Shown: in pieces, positions 38,460-50,000 of the stretch
Numbering within the stretch: position 1 is the first letter of the stretch
Layout of the letters: the number at the start of each line of letters is the position of its first letter
NCBI GenBank assembly: GCA_963730605.1
Contig: CAVSSM010000011.1
Span: 32,001-96,000, forward strand
DNA: 64,000 nt
Reading direction: 5' to 3'
From: an uncultured Chlamydiae bacterium
Lineage (GTDB): Bacteria; Chlamydiota; Chlamydiia; Chlamydiales; SM23-39
The notes under the pieces: generated by a model
What the model was told of the DNA's origin: nothing
What the model saw: the letters and a program-made list of their open reading frames with translations, nothing else
The model's database searches: none
Program-made: the position numbers and the translations under genes

Positions 38460-39024
38460 TCAGCGGGCCTAAATCGATTTTGTCTTGTCTTTCTTGCAAA
38501 GTCGCATGGACCGCTTTTTGGGCATCCAGCGGATTGTAGCCGAGATTGAGGAGCGCGCTGACGGCATCAGAGGCCAAATCGCCGCCCTTGACCCCTAAAG
38601 AAATCGACGCATCTTTCCCTTTGCCTTTGATCTTGTCCCGCATTTCGATGACGAGCCGCTCCGCCGTTTTTTTCCCGATGCCCGGAATTTTGCTCAAGAT
38701 CCGGATGTCTGCGGCTGCGACGGCCCTCTGGAATGCCTCCAGTTCTATGTGACCGATGATCGCCGCGGCCGTTTTGGGGCCGATTCCCGATAGGCCGATG
38801 AGCGTCTCGAAGAGGTCGCGCTCTTCTTTGATGAGGAAAGCGTAGAGCGTATGGGCATCCTCGCGGACGACGTGAGAGAGGAAAAGATGGACGGCCGATT
38901 CTGGAGTGGGGAGTCGCATGTAGGTGCTAAGCGGGATGGCGAGGCGATACGATATTCCGGCCGCCTCGACAACCGCTTTCAGCGGCTCTTTTTCTAATAA
39001 AACGCCTCGGATCGCTTCGTACAT
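38434..39024 (-). CDS. ruvA: Holliday junction branch migration protein RuvA
   Basis: VREDA, GIGPKTA and PGIGKKTAER motifs. Confidence 0.95.
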   Translation of the reverse strand: MYEAIRGVLLEKEPLKAVVEAAGISYRLAIPLSTYMRLPTPESAVHLFLSHVVREDAHTLYAFLIKEERDLFETLIGLSGIGPKTAAAIIGHIELEAFQRAVAAADIRILSKIPGIGKKTAERLVIEMRDKIKGKGKDASISLGVKGGDLASDAVSALLNLGYNPLDAQKAVHATLQERQDKIDLGPLITLALQKL

Positions 39025-39027
39025 GAC

Positions 39028-39501
39028 TCATCCTTTACTTAAATAATTTCCGCAACAAATGGCGAGCGCTAGGGCATCGGCTGCGTCTTCTGGCTCGGGA
39101 GGAGCGGGAAGCCGGAGGAGGCTTTGGATCATCCGCTGCACCTGGAACTTGCTCGCCTGGCCTTTGCCTACGACGGCTAACTTCGCTTTTTTAGGAGCAT
39201 ACTCGTAAACGGGAATTTTTGCTCGCGCTCCGGCAAGAAGGACCATCCCTTTGGCCATGCCGAGCTTGATGGCGCTTCCCGCATTTTTCATAACAAATTG
39301 GGATTCGACGGCGATCGCCGTCGGTTTATGCTGCTCGATGAGGCTCTCGAGCGCATCGAAGAGGAGGCGGTAGCGCTCCTCAAGGCAAAGCTTCGGGGGA
39401 GGCCTAATGCAGCCGAAATCGATGGGCTCCATCGGGAGCCGGATGATCCCATATCCTGTGATTCTAGTTCCGGGATCGATGCCGAGGATGATGTGCTGCA
39501 T
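39028..39501 (-). CDS. ruvC: Crossover junction endonuclease RuvC
   Basis: ILGIDPG and DAADALALAIC motifs. Confidence 0.95.
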   Translation of the reverse strand: MQHIILGIDPGTRITGYGIIRLPMEPIDFGCIRPPPKLCLEERYRLLFDALESLIEQHKPTAIAVESQFVMKNAGSAIKLGMAKGMVLLAGARAKIPVYEYAPKKAKLAVVGKGQASKFQVQRMIQSLLRLPAPPEPEDAADALALAICCGNYLSKG

Positions 39502-39581
39502 ACTGCCAAAGGTAGAGGTCTTGCAGAAAATAATCAAGGTATAGACAGCTCCTCAACTCGTCCGCTATACTGGGCTCTCTT

Positions 39582-40604
39582 ATGCCCCAAGAGATGCAAA
39601 ATATCTTAGTTCGAATGCCCAACTGGATCGGGGATCTCGTCATGGGAACGCCGGTCTTGACCGACCTACGCGCCGCTTTCCCAAAAGCATCCATTACCGC
39701 CATGTGCAGGACGCCGATCTCTGAGCTTTTGGTGAAAGACGCTGCGATCGATGAGCTCTTTTGTTTCACTCCCCCGGCCAACAAATTCCTCCGCCGCGAA
39801 GAGCAGCGCAATATCATCGCGAAGATCCTAACGGGAAAATTCGATACGGCCATCCTGCTCACGAATTCGTTTTCCTCGGCCTGGTGGTGTTGGCAGGGAA
39901 AAGTAGCAAGGAGGATCGGCTATTCGGCCCATTTGCGGAGGATTTTTCTCACCGACCCCATCCGTTGGCCAAAACAAAAAATGCATCAGGTCGACCTCTA
40001 TAAAAGGCTCCTTGAGCCGCTTGGGATCCCTCGTTCCGACACTGCGCCGCGGCTCTATGTCACAAAAGAGGAAGTCGATGGATCCAAGCAGCTCCTTTTC
40101 CAAAGAGGTTACATGGCAGGAAAAAGGCTGATCGGGATCAACCCGGGCGCATCTTACGGCTCGGCCAAATGCTGGCCGCCTGAGAGGTTTCGCGCGCTCG
40201 CATTGGAGCTCTTAAAGGAAGGCTATGTCGTCTTTTTCGGCGACGCGTCGACATTTACGCTCGTACGCGAGATTTGCCAGAGGCTTCCCGAACAGACAAT
40301 CAACTTGGCCGGCATCACGTCGCTTCGAGAGCTCGCGTGCATCATCAAAGATTGCGATCTTCTCGTGACAAACGATAGCGGTCCGATGCATATCGCTGCG
40401 GCGTTCGATACTCCACTTATCGCCCTGTTCGGGTCAACGGATGAGGAAGCGACCGGCCCCTATGGGAAACCGGACGCCGTGATCAATAAGCATGCGGACT
40501 GCGCCCCTTGTTTCAAGCGGACCTGCCCGATCGATTTCCGCTGCATGAAGAAGATCACCGTGGAAGAGGTGGCTGAAAAAGCGCGGGAACTATTGCGTGT
40601 TTAG
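39582..40604 (+). CDS. waaF: GT9 glycosyltransferase, heptosyltransferase II-like
   Basis: PNWIGDLVM, NPGASYGSAKCWP and TNDSGPMHIAAA motifs. Confidence 0.85.
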   Translation: MPQEMQNILVRMPNWIGDLVMGTPVLTDLRAAFPKASITAMCRTPISELLVKDAAIDELFCFTPPANKFLRREEQRNIIAKILTGKFDTAILLTNSFSSAWWCWQGKVARRIGYSAHLRRIFLTDPIRWPKQKMHQVDLYKRLLEPLGIPRSDTAPRLYVTKEEVDGSKQLLFQRGYMAGKRLIGINPGASYGSAKCWPPERFRALALELLKEGYVVFFGDASTFTLVREICQRLPEQTINLAGITSLRELACIIKDCDLLVTNDSGPMHIAAAFDTPLIALFGSTDEEATGPYGKPDAVINKHADCAPCFKRTCPIDFRCMKKITVEEVAEKARELLRV

Positions 40605-41543
40605 GACGCTTACCCGCCGCATTTTTCCCAACCCTCTTGATTGGATGCTCAAGAGAGCGGCGAAAAAAAAGAGCAAAAGTTTCCTTCTTGGGTGGAACCG
40701 GGGCCTTGGCGATATAGCCCTCGGCTTATACGCGATTGTCCATCGGATCCGCGAACGAATCCCCAATGCGGAAATCACTTTCTTGACTCGAGAGAATTTG
40801 CTAGACGGTTTCACGATGCTAGGGGATGTCCGCATCTTAGCGGCTCCTGACTGGAAGCGAGGCAAAGTGCAATCGATTCGAGAGACGCTCAAGAAGATGG
40901 GCATCGACCCGAAGAGTTTCGATCTGATCATAGAGTGGCCAAGCCCCACCGATTGGGTCGCATGGCAAGAGGGAACCTCATCCCGAAACTGAAATGGGAC
41001 CCCCTCCATGACGATCTTTGGAAATCGTTCGATTTGCCAGACAGCTATACGTATATCTGCGTTCAGCCTGTCACCGAAACCAACTACGGCCTTTGGCGCA
41101 ATTGGCCGCTTGCAAGGTGGCAGGATCTCTTCGAGCGGCTCGAGAAGATAGGAAGCGTCAAGGTGCTCCTTTTCGGATTCGGCGCGGGTCCAGACTTTCC
41201 TTATAAGAATGTGATCGATCTGAGAGGAAAGACAACTCTTTTTCAACTCCTCTCGATTGTTAAAAACCGATGCAAAGCTGCGATCCTGCCCGATTCAGGG
41301 ATTCTCTCGATGATCTACTATCTCGATGCTCCCTTTCCCATCCAAATCGTCTCCCTTTGGGCCGATCCCAATCACGGCATCTTGAAGCAGGGCGTCCCGT
41401 CTCCCAACAGAAAGCTGCAGCATTTCCCCCTGATCGGGGGAGAACCGGGATCTCTTATCCCTATCCGCAAAAAAAGTGCTCGACTGCATTTTTCCGGCAA
41501 GGCCCCTTCAAACATGTCCAAATGCCGAGAGGTTTACTCTTAA
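40597..41543 (+). CDS. Second GT9-like glycosyltransferase, frameshifted near 40970
   Basis: RGLGDI in the first frame; RNWP, DLRGKTTL and DSG in the second. Confidence 0.65.
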
Positions 41544-42380
41544 ACCGATCCAAAAAGTCGGAATCATTCTTCTCGCAGGCGGACAAGGGAGCCGTCTTAG
41601 GCTGACAGGACCTAAGGGGGCGTTTCAAATCCACAACAAAAGTTTATTCCAATGGTCTCTTGAGAAAGTGCCGGCTCATATTCCCGTGGCGCTCATGACC
41701 TCGCCTTTAAACCACGACGAGACGGTCGGTTTGTTTGAAAAGCATAAGTCCTTTGGCCGCGAGGTTTACTTTTTTGAGCAGGAAATGCTTCCTATGCTCG
41801 ATGCAAAGAAGAAGATCTTAAAAATTTTGGCCCCGAGCGGCAATGGAAGCGTTTTCAAATCGTTTGCCGAATCGGGAACCTTAGCCCTCTTTGAAGAGCG
41901 TGAAATCGATCTTGTCTCGATCATCCCTATAGAAAATCTCTTAGCCGATCCGGCCGATCCCGCTTTTCTATCTTACATGAGGGAAAAAGATGCCGATGCC
42001 GGAATCAAGTGCGTCGAGAGAAAGGCTGGCGATGCCATGGGCGCCGTTGTAGAGAGGGAAGGGCGTCTTGAAATTGTCGAATATACCGAGGCCGATCCGT
42101 CTTTACACTACCCATATTCCTACACCGGGATGATGGCGATGAAACTGACGTTCATGAAGCGGATGGCAAAAGTCGATCTTCCCCTCCATTGGGTTTGGAA
42201 GAGGGCAGGCGATCGATTTGGGTGGAAGGAGAGCGCTTCATCTTCGATGCGCTTCCCTTAGCCGATCAGGCTGTATCGCTCTCTTACCCCCGAGCGCACA
42301 TCTATGCGCCCCTGAAGAGCGAGGAAAACCTAGAAGAGATTCTGAAGGTGATGAGTACGAGCCTATTTTCAAGAACTTAA
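41476..42380 (+). CDS. UDP-N-acetylglucosamine pyrophosphorylase (eukaryote-type UAP/UGP family), frameshifted near 42228
   Basis: LAGGQGSRL, PSGNG, IVEY, then ERFIFD...APLK in a shifted frame; adjacent to gpsA. Confidence 0.8.
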
Positions 42381-42445
42381 TATAATCTTTATAAAATATT
42401 TTCATTCATTGCAAGAGCCGAACCACGATTCATTGGAAGGAGGTC

Positions 42446-43465
42446 ATGGAAAAACAGGAGAAATGGTATCATACTCTCATGCAAAAAAAGATTGGATATT
42501 TAGGAGCGGGAACGTGGGGATTTGCTCTTTCGGCCTTGCTCGGCATGAAAGGTCATGAGGTAACGGTGTGGACGCGGGATGCGGCATTGGCCGCCAAGCT
42601 GCAAAGGACCCGCGCTCATCCCAAGCTTGCCGGAGTTCTTGCGCCCGAGACGGTTCGCTTTACGAGCCAGATCCAGGAGGCGCTTTTAGGCGCCGAGGTC
42701 CTGGTCGAGAGCGTCACTTGCTCGGGGATCCGCCCGGTGTTCGAGCGGCTGCCGAAGATCAAGGTTCCCGTCATCCTGACCTCGAAAGGGATCGAGCAAG
42801 GCTCAGGATTGCTTCTTCCGGAAGTCGCATCGCAATTCGTCCCGAAGGCGCTCATCGGGATCCTGAGCGGGCCGAGCCTCGCCGACGAGGTCGTCCAGAA
42901 CCTCCCCACTTCGGTCGTTTGCTCCGCTTACGATCCGGCTGTCATGAAACTCATCCATGAACTCTTCATCACTCCGACGTTCCGAATCTATCCGAACGAA
43001 GATATCGATGGGGTCGCCTTCGGGGGCGCAATGAAAAATATCATCGCGATCGCTTGCGGTATTTCCGATGGGTTGGGCGGCAAAGATAACGCAAAAGCGG
43101 CTCTTATGACTCGCGGCCTCCACGAAATGCGCAAGTTAGGCGTCGCTAAAAATTGCCTCCCGGAAACGCTGAACGGCCTCTCTGGCCTGGGAGATCTTTC
43201 TGCCACTTGCATGTCAGTGAGCAGCCGCAACTATCGATTCGGCCGATTTGTAGGGGAAGGCTTTTCTCCTGAAGGGGCAAGACAAAAGATCGGTATGGCT
43301 GTCGAAGGGATCTATACGTGCGTCGCCGCCCGCGAATTGGGAGCAAAACATCAGATTTCGATTCCGATCACGGAAGCGACTTATGCGATCATCTACGAGG
43401 GGCTCGACCCTCGCGAAGCCGTCCGAGCGCTCCTCCAGCGCGCCATCAAAGAAGAGCATCTCTAG
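42446..43465 (+). CDS. gpsA: NAD(P)H-dependent glycerol-3-phosphate dehydrogenase
   Basis: GAGTWG, SKGIE, LSGPS, KNIIAIACG and SRN motifs. Confidence 0.95.
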   Translation: MEKQEKWYHTLMQKKIGYLGAGTWGFALSALLGMKGHEVTVWTRDAALAAKLQRTRAHPKLAGVLAPETVRFTSQIQEALLGAEVLVESVTCSGIRPVFERLPKIKVPVILTSKGIEQGSGLLLPEVASQFVPKALIGILSGPSLADEVVQNLPTSVVCSAYDPAVMKLIHELFITPTFRIYPNEDIDGVAFGGAMKNIIAIACGISDGLGGKDNAKAALMTRGLHEMRKLGVAKNCLPETLNGLSGLGDLSATCMSVSSRNYRFGRFVGEGFSPEGARQKIGMAVEGIYTCVAARELGAKHQISIPITEATYAIIYEGLDPREAVRALLQRAIKEEHL

Positions 43466-43512
43466 CACTCTAATTTCTTGCGCAATCGGCGGCGTTCTCT
43501 TATACAGTGAAT

Positions 43513-45027
43513 ATGTCTAAGAAAGAAAAAAGCCAGATTGAGCCGCCATCCGCTCTGCCGCCCTATTTCGGCGTAAAAGTCGTCTCTGCCGCCGAGATGG
43601 CCCGCGTTGAAAAACTGGCCGTTCAGGCTGGCTGCCAAGAAGAAAAATTCATCGAAGAGGCGGGAGGCAAGGTAGCAGCTGCCGCCATTCGACTCATCCT
43701 GCAAAATCAGCTTCCGAAAAACGTCTCTCTTCTGATTGGCAAAGGCAATAAGGGAGCTGACGCGTACGCCGCGGGATTGGCCCTTTTGGAAGAGGGGTTC
43801 CGGGTGACAGCGTATCCCTGCTTTCCTCCAGAGTCGTGCAGCGAATGGAACCGGAAAATGAATGACAGGTTCGCGAAAAAAAGAGGGCAAACGGTCCGGT
43901 TTTATGACGGAGAGGAGATGAAGCCAAGAGAGGGCTTGATCATCGATGGATTATTGGGAACGGGGTTCAAAGGCAATGCTGTTGGAAAAATAGAGACGGC
44001 GATTTTGCTTGCAAACGGCTCTAAGGGACCGATCCTTGCCATCGACTTGCCTTCAGGGCTAGATGGGACTACGGGGGAAGCAAGAGGCGCATGCATCGAA
44101 GCTACCCAAACGGTGACACTCGGAATGGCGAAAAGCGGCCTTTTTTTCAGGGACGGTTGGAATCATGCGGGCCGCATCGAAGTCGAAGATTTTGGATTGC
44201 CAAAGCAATTTGCTGCCTTATGTCAGGAAATCGCTTATTTACCCGATCCTGCCTTCTTGCCTCTGCCCAAAATCATCCGCAATAGACACAAATACCAAGC
44301 GGGGTACGTGGTCGGATATGCTGGATCGGAGACGATGCGGGGCGCTCCGAAGATGGCGGGGCTGGCAGCGCTTCGGGCTGGAGCCGGCATCGTCCGTCTT
44401 TTTTCTAAGGGGAATATCGGAGAGGCGCCGATGGAGCTCATTTGCCGCAAATGGAATGAAAAGGAATGGCGCCAAGAGCTCAAACGGGCGAGCAGCGTAT
44501 TCGTAGGCCCTGGAATTGGCGTTAGCTCGATGCGATGGATGAAAGACATTTCCCTTCCTGCCGTCTTTGACGCGGATGCCCTGCAGAAAGGGGTGAAGTT
44601 CTCAAAAAATGCCGTGCTAACCCCCCATCGGGGAGAAATGCTTCGCCTTCTAGGGTTGAAAAGCGCTCCGCAAGAGGAAGATTTCCTTTGCCGATGCCAA
44701 AAGTTTGCAAATGGTCAAGATACGACCCTCGTATTGAAGGGGGCTCCGACAATTCTTTTTGGCGAGAAGCTGCCGCCGCTCATCATCTCTAGAGGAGATC
44801 CGGGCATGGCGACCGCAGGGGCAGGCGATGTGTTGACGGGCATACTTGCCGGAATCTTAGCCCAAAAGATGGACTCTTATGATGCGGCGGCAGTCGGTAC
44901 TTATTTACACGCCGTTGCGGGAGAAATAGCGGCGCGGGAAAAAACTTCCTATGGGCTCATCGCAAGAGACCTGATCGAGTATCTGCCAAAAGCTTTTCAA
45001 CAGCTTATGGGCGCGGTATACTTTTGA
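43513..45027 (+). CDS. nnr: Bifunctional NAD(P)H-hydrate epimerase/dehydratase
   Basis: GKGNKGAD, DGLLGTG, DLPSG, TPHRGE and TAGAGDVL motifs. Confidence 0.9.
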   Translation: MSKKEKSQIEPPSALPPYFGVKVVSAAEMARVEKLAVQAGCQEEKFIEEAGGKVAAAAIRLILQNQLPKNVSLLIGKGNKGADAYAAGLALLEEGFRVTAYPCFPPESCSEWNRKMNDRFAKKRGQTVRFYDGEEMKPREGLIIDGLLGTGFKGNAVGKIETAILLANGSKGPILAIDLPSGLDGTTGEARGACIEATQTVTLGMAKSGLFFRDGWNHAGRIEVEDFGLPKQFAALCQEIAYLPDPAFLPLPKIIRNRHKYQAGYVVGYAGSETMRGAPKMAGLAALRAGAGIVRLFSKGNIGEAPMELICRKWNEKEWRQELKRASSVFVGPGIGVSSMRWMKDISLPAVFDADALQKGVKFSKNAVLTPHRGEMLRLLGLKSAPQEEDFLCRCQKFANGQDTTLVLKGAPTILFGEKLPPLIISRGDPGMATAGAGDVLTGILAGILAQKMDSYDAAAVGTYLHAVAGEIAAREKTSYGLIARDLIEYLPKAFQQLMGAVYF

Positions 45028-45962
45028 TACCACTCGATGAATCGGGGAATTCCAAGTTCCAGCGGGACGGCGGGGCGGAAATTTAAAAGAGCCGCACTTT
45101 TCTCTATGTCTGCGCAGGTCTCCTCTATTTCACCCGGCTGCATGGGCAGCATTTCTTTGATCGCCTTTTTCTTAAGATGCGTTTCGATGAGGCTGATCAG
45201 ATCCAAAAGTTCGACTGGGCGGTTATTTCCTAAGTTGAAAATCTCGCATTTCGCTCCCAAATCGATCGCCGCCGTGGTCCCTCGCACAATATCGTCGATA
45301 TAAGTGAAATCGCGGCGCATCCGCCCAGCATTGAACACTTGGATCGGCTGTCCGTTCGCGATATGCTGGGTAAAGCGGTAATAGGCCATATCGGGCCTGC
45401 CCCAAGGGCCGTAGACTGTGAAATAGCGAAGCCCTGTAACCGGCAGGCCATAAAGATGATGGTAGGCGTGGGCCATGGCTTCGTTGGCTTTTTTCGTCGC
45501 GCCATAGAGGTTCGCGGGCTGGTCGGTTTTGTCGTCCACGGAAAACGGGTTTTTTTTGTTGAGTCCGTATACGGATGAGGAAGAGGCGTAGATAAGCTTG
45601 ATTGTAGGAAATCGGCGGCAAGCCTCGAGAACAGAGACGAAACCGTGCAAATTCGAAGCGACATAATCGTCAGGTTCGGAGAGGGAATGGCGGATGCCGG
45701 CCTGCGCAGCCAGATGAACCACATGGGTGATTCCGTGGCGCAAGAGCGCAAGCTGAAGCAAGTCTCGATCTCGAATATCCGCATGGAGTATCTCGATTTC
45801 TTCGGCTTGTAACTGGATCTCCCGGTCGCGCTTGAGCTGGAAATCATAATAAGAGTTGAAATTATCAAGGCCGATGACGAAATCGCCCCGCGCCTTGAGA
45901 TGGAGGGCGAGATGGTAGCCGATAAATCCGGCGGCGCCGGTGATTAGAATTCGTTTTCCCAT
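44997..45962 (-). CDS. UDP-glucuronate 4-epimerase-like protein
   Basis: GAAGFIG, HLAAQAG, YGATKKANE and YGPWGRPDMA motifs. Confidence 0.88.
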   Translation of the reverse strand: MGKRILITGAAGFIGYHLALHLKARGDFVIGLDNFNSYYDFQLKRDREIQLQAEEIEILHADIRDRDLLQLALLRHGITHVVHLAAQAGIRHSLSEPDDYVASNLHGFVSVLEACRRFPTIKLIYASSSSVYGLNKKNPFSVDDKTDQPANLYGATKKANEAMAHAYHHLYGLPVTGLRYFTVYGPWGRPDMAYYRFTQHIANGQPIQVFNAGRMRRDFTYIDDIVRGTTAAIDLGAKCEIFNLGNNRPVELLDLISLIETHLKKKAIKEMLPMQPGEIEETCADIEKSAALLNFRPAVPLELGIPRFIEWYQKYTAPISC

Positions 45963-46024
45963 AAAAAAATTTGTGATGTATGATACCTTACGTCCTATCT
46001 TAAACCTTCGTTTCGTTAATTTGT

Positions 46025-47059
46025 ATGAGATTTTTCCCTCTCGCCTTTTTGCTCGTCGCGGGCTGCAGCAGTCCCTACATGGGAAAGGATCTGTTTGGAG
46101 CGGATGAATTCGTTCTCGACTCTTACAAGATCCGCGAGGGAAAATTTTCCATTTTAGAAATGGAAGGGAAAGAACCGGGGGAGCTCGATGATTCGATGCT
46201 CAACGAATACCAGGACAAAATTCATGAAGACGATGTCCTGCAGGTGGCGGTTTATAACCCGAAGCGGAAAGATGTGGCAGACGCGGTGGAATATATCGGC
46301 AGCCGGATCGGATATCGGGTCGTCAACGGTGAAATTTCCCTGCCCGACCTGCCGCCTGTAACTGTCGCGGAACTGACTCTCGACCAGGCGAAGGAAAAGA
46401 TCCAAGTGCTCTACCATGAACATATCCGCGATACGGAGGTCTTCGTCACCTATAAAGACAGGATCGCAAGAAAAGTGGAACTGGCAGGCCTTGTTTCGCT
46501 TCCCAGCGTTCCTGTCGACGGGAAAATCCGGCTGTTCGATGTACTTTCCAAAGCTCGGATCCCTACCGAGGCGAACCTCTTCAAAAGCTACATCATCCGG
46601 GACGGCTCTTTTCTTCCCGTCGATATGAACAAGCTCATGAAAGAAGGGGACATGTCACAAAACATCGTCGTGCGAGGAGGGGATAAAATCTACATTGCCG
46701 AGCCGTCCGCGGCGACCTTGATGGTCATGGGAGAAGTGGGAAGAGAGCGGGTCGTCAATCTCCCATCCGGTTTTATGCCGCTCCGGCAGGCCTTGGCCGA
46801 ATCGGGCGGGATCCCTTACACGGGGGATAAGTCCTATATCCAGGTGATCCGCGGCAATATCGCCAAACCGAAAATCTATACGTTGAGCTGGGAGCATGTT
46901 ATTCATCTGCCGAATGACAGCCTTCTCCTGATGCCGGGCGATATCGTCTATGTCGCCGCGAAGCCGATCACTGAATGGAACCGGTTCATTTCGCAGCTTC
47001 TGCCCATCTTTGGAGGATTCGATGTGATCAGCAAACAAATGCAATTGTTCGTGCCATGA
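46025..47059 (+). CDS. wza: Wza-like polysaccharide export lipoprotein
   Basis: LVAGC lipobox; GEISLP...LTL export motif; PGDIVYV...WNRFISQLLP C-terminus. Confidence 0.82.
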   Translation: MRFFPLAFLLVAGCSSPYMGKDLFGADEFVLDSYKIREGKFSILEMEGKEPGELDDSMLNEYQDKIHEDDVLQVAVYNPKRKDVADAVEYIGSRIGYRVVNGEISLPDLPPVTVAELTLDQAKEKIQVLYHEHIRDTEVFVTYKDRIARKVELAGLVSLPSVPVDGKIRLFDVLSKARIPTEANLFKSYIIRDGSFLPVDMNKLMKEGDMSQNIVVRGGDKIYIAEPSAATLMVMGEVGRERVVNLPSGFMPLRQALAESGGIPYTGDKSYIQVIRGNIAKPKIYTLSWEHVIHLPNDSLLLMPGDIVYVAAKPITEWNRFISQLLPIFGGFDVISKQMQLFVP

Positions 47060-50000
47060 AGCATCAGAAAAGGCCGCTTCACGATCCCGATGAGAGGGTA
47101 TTCACCCTATTTGATGTAAAACGGCTTTACTTGAGCCAAAAGAAGAAAATTCTCAGAGCTTCTTTTTGGGGAGCTCTTCTTGCGTTCAGTTTCATTTTGA
47201 TCAGGTCTGTTCCAAAATATCAAGTTTCTGCGACTTTTAAAGAGGCTCCCAAATCCATCGAGGGGACAGGAGGCCTGGAAAAGCTTCTTCTCTCAAATGG
47301 AAGCGCAAGCTCTCAAGAGTCTCAAACAGCCACTTTGATCCAGTCCAATCAAGTCTTAAAACCTCTGGTCGTCCGGATGGGCACCCAAGCTACGGTGCGC
47401 AAAGCGGGCCTTTTGTCTCGGGTCTATAAGAGGATCAGGGACAATATCCTTTCCGAGAGAGGGCTTAGCTTAAGCGATGTCGATGATTTCGCCTTCCAGA
47501 ACGTTGTTTACGATGGGGAGAAAACACTAACATATAGCCTCAGGTTTGAAGATTCTGAACATTTTTCTATTGGGTCTGGAAAAAAAACAATTGCTTCGGG
47601 ATCGCTCGGCTCTTGCGTACGTTTGCCTGAGGCAGAGCTAACGATTGTCAAAGTTCCAAAAGGGCTTAAGGTCGGGACTCATTACTCCCTTTCTATTCAA
47701 CCTTGGGTTTCTGCAGTGAATGCGATCCGTTCCAATTTTCGGATAAAGTGCCTCAAACAGCAAAAATCGATTCATGAACTCAAGTTTTTCCATAGGGACC
47801 GATATTTTGGGACGGAGCTTTTGAATGCGTTGACGGAAGAATATCGGAGATATTTAAAGCGGGACCATGATCAGGTTGTCCACGAGCAGCTCAGTTATTT
47901 GCAGCAGAAACAAGAAGAAATATGTGCCAACATGTCCTCGGTTTTCGACGAGTATACAGAATATTTGCAAACCAATCTCAGCCGATCGGGACAATTGGGC
48001 TTAACACAAGAGATCGGAGGAATCACTAAGGAATGCAATGTGCTTGCTAATAAAATCTCTTCGATCGACTTGGAGCTGGATCGGTTAGTTCGAATGGAAG
48101 TGGATCAAAAAGCATTTGTTCCAATGGATGATACTCCTTTTTCACGCTCTCTCAAAGATACCTTGAGCGCAATATCGGAGTTGAAACAGCAGCGCGATTT
48201 AATCGAGTTGTCATTGCCATCTCAAAGCCGCGCTCTTAATGAGCTGCAGTATGAAAACAAAAAAGGGGAATTGAAAGAGGTTCGAGACCAGCTTTGCGCG
48301 ATGCAGCATCTTCTCGATGGAATTGAAAAGCATACGCCGCTTTCTCAGGACGCGTTATTCGATGCGGGAGAATATCTCGGAGCTTGGGCTGGCCGTTTAG
48401 CTGATTCCCAAGAGGAAGACAGAAAAGGGCTGGCTGAGTATCTCGAAAACGCCGTCCGGCTTCTTTCTATGCAAGAAAAAATGGTTCAGGAACAAATCCA
48501 TTATGCCCACGACACTCCAGCCGCGTTCAAAGGCATCGATTTAACGACGGCCCGGGCTCTTTTCCTAGAATACTACAAAAAGCTCGATCAAATCGCAGAA
48601 GGGGTAAGCCATTTTTCTCGCTTAGCGGATGAAATTGAGAGAGGCGATTTCGAGATCAGTTCTTTAAGCGCCGTGCTCTTGGATCCCCTAAGCCAGCGTC
48701 TGATTCAACAAGCAAGCGAGATTGCCCTCAAATTGAAGGATGAAAAACATCATAGCGAAAAAGAAGGAAGCCGGTGGGCAGAGGAGTTGTCGCTGCAAAA
48801 AAAAATCCTCAAAGAACATCTGGATCAACTTTTTAAACTCGAACAAGTGAAATCCGATCTAGTCCAAAATAGGATCGATGCTTTGCAGGCAATCAGATTC
48901 GGCTCCATTTCGGGGCAAATTTCCGTTTTGCAAGAGAGACTGGCCGATTCCGTCAAAGAGCGGAAGACCGCGCTTTTGAAGGAGAAAACAATCCTGGAAG
49001 AAAAAGTGAGGCAAATTCTAAATGGCCTCACCGATATTCCCGAAAGGTGGCGAAGGGAGAAATGGCTGAACTTAAAGAGCCAGATGGGGATCAAAATGGT
49101 CCAAGGGTTGACCGAACTTGTCGAATCAAAGACAATTAGCTCTCATCTCCACCATGTCGAATCAAAACCTCTCGATATTGCGACCCTTCCTACCACTCCC
49201 TGTTCCCCAGGGCTTTTGGTCAAAGCCTTCCTGGGTGCCATGCTGGCCGGATTCTTTGTGTTCTCCCGCGCCTTTCTCGGGGCGGTTTTGAAGGGATTCC
49301 CCTCAACGAAAGAAAAACTTTGTGCGATGGGATACCCTGTTCTCGGCGAGATCTCAACGGTTTGCGATGGTCCCGGGACAGAGCCTCGCGGGGCGGATCT
49401 GGAAGCCCTTCGGCAAATATTTCTTTTCCTCGACAAAGAGCCCATACCGGGAGTGATTGAAAAAACGGGAATTGGCTCCTCAGATTTTTCAGCTGGAGCG
49501 AGGGACATGGCCAAAGGCAAGGCTGCGGAAACACGAGAAGGTCCAGTGGACCTTCGCAGTGCGGAGCAGATGAGCACAGCGAATTGCCTCGGAAGCGAAG
49601 ATGAAAAATCTGAGTCAAAGCCGACGCCGCACCAAAACCGATTTTTCAATCGCGAGCGGTATAAAGTGAAAGTTGTTGGCCTTATCGAAGGCAAAGGCCC
49701 CGATTATTCTTTTGCGCTGGCAGAGCATTTTTCCCGCATGTCCTTGCGCCCACTGGTCATCCGATGCGATTTCAACATGAAGTTCAACCGGGAAGACCTG
49801 CCGGGGGTCTTGCAGGTTTGGAAAGAGGAGATCTCCAGCCCACCTCTCAAGAGGAGGCAGGGCTACGATCTTCTCACGTCCGGCGGATTCACCCCTTACG
49901 GGGCGGAAGTCATCCGGTCGCTTGCATTTCAAAACTCACTTGATAAGTTTAAAAAAGAGTATGACTTTGTCTTGATGGTCTTTCGCTCGCCGCTGAACCT

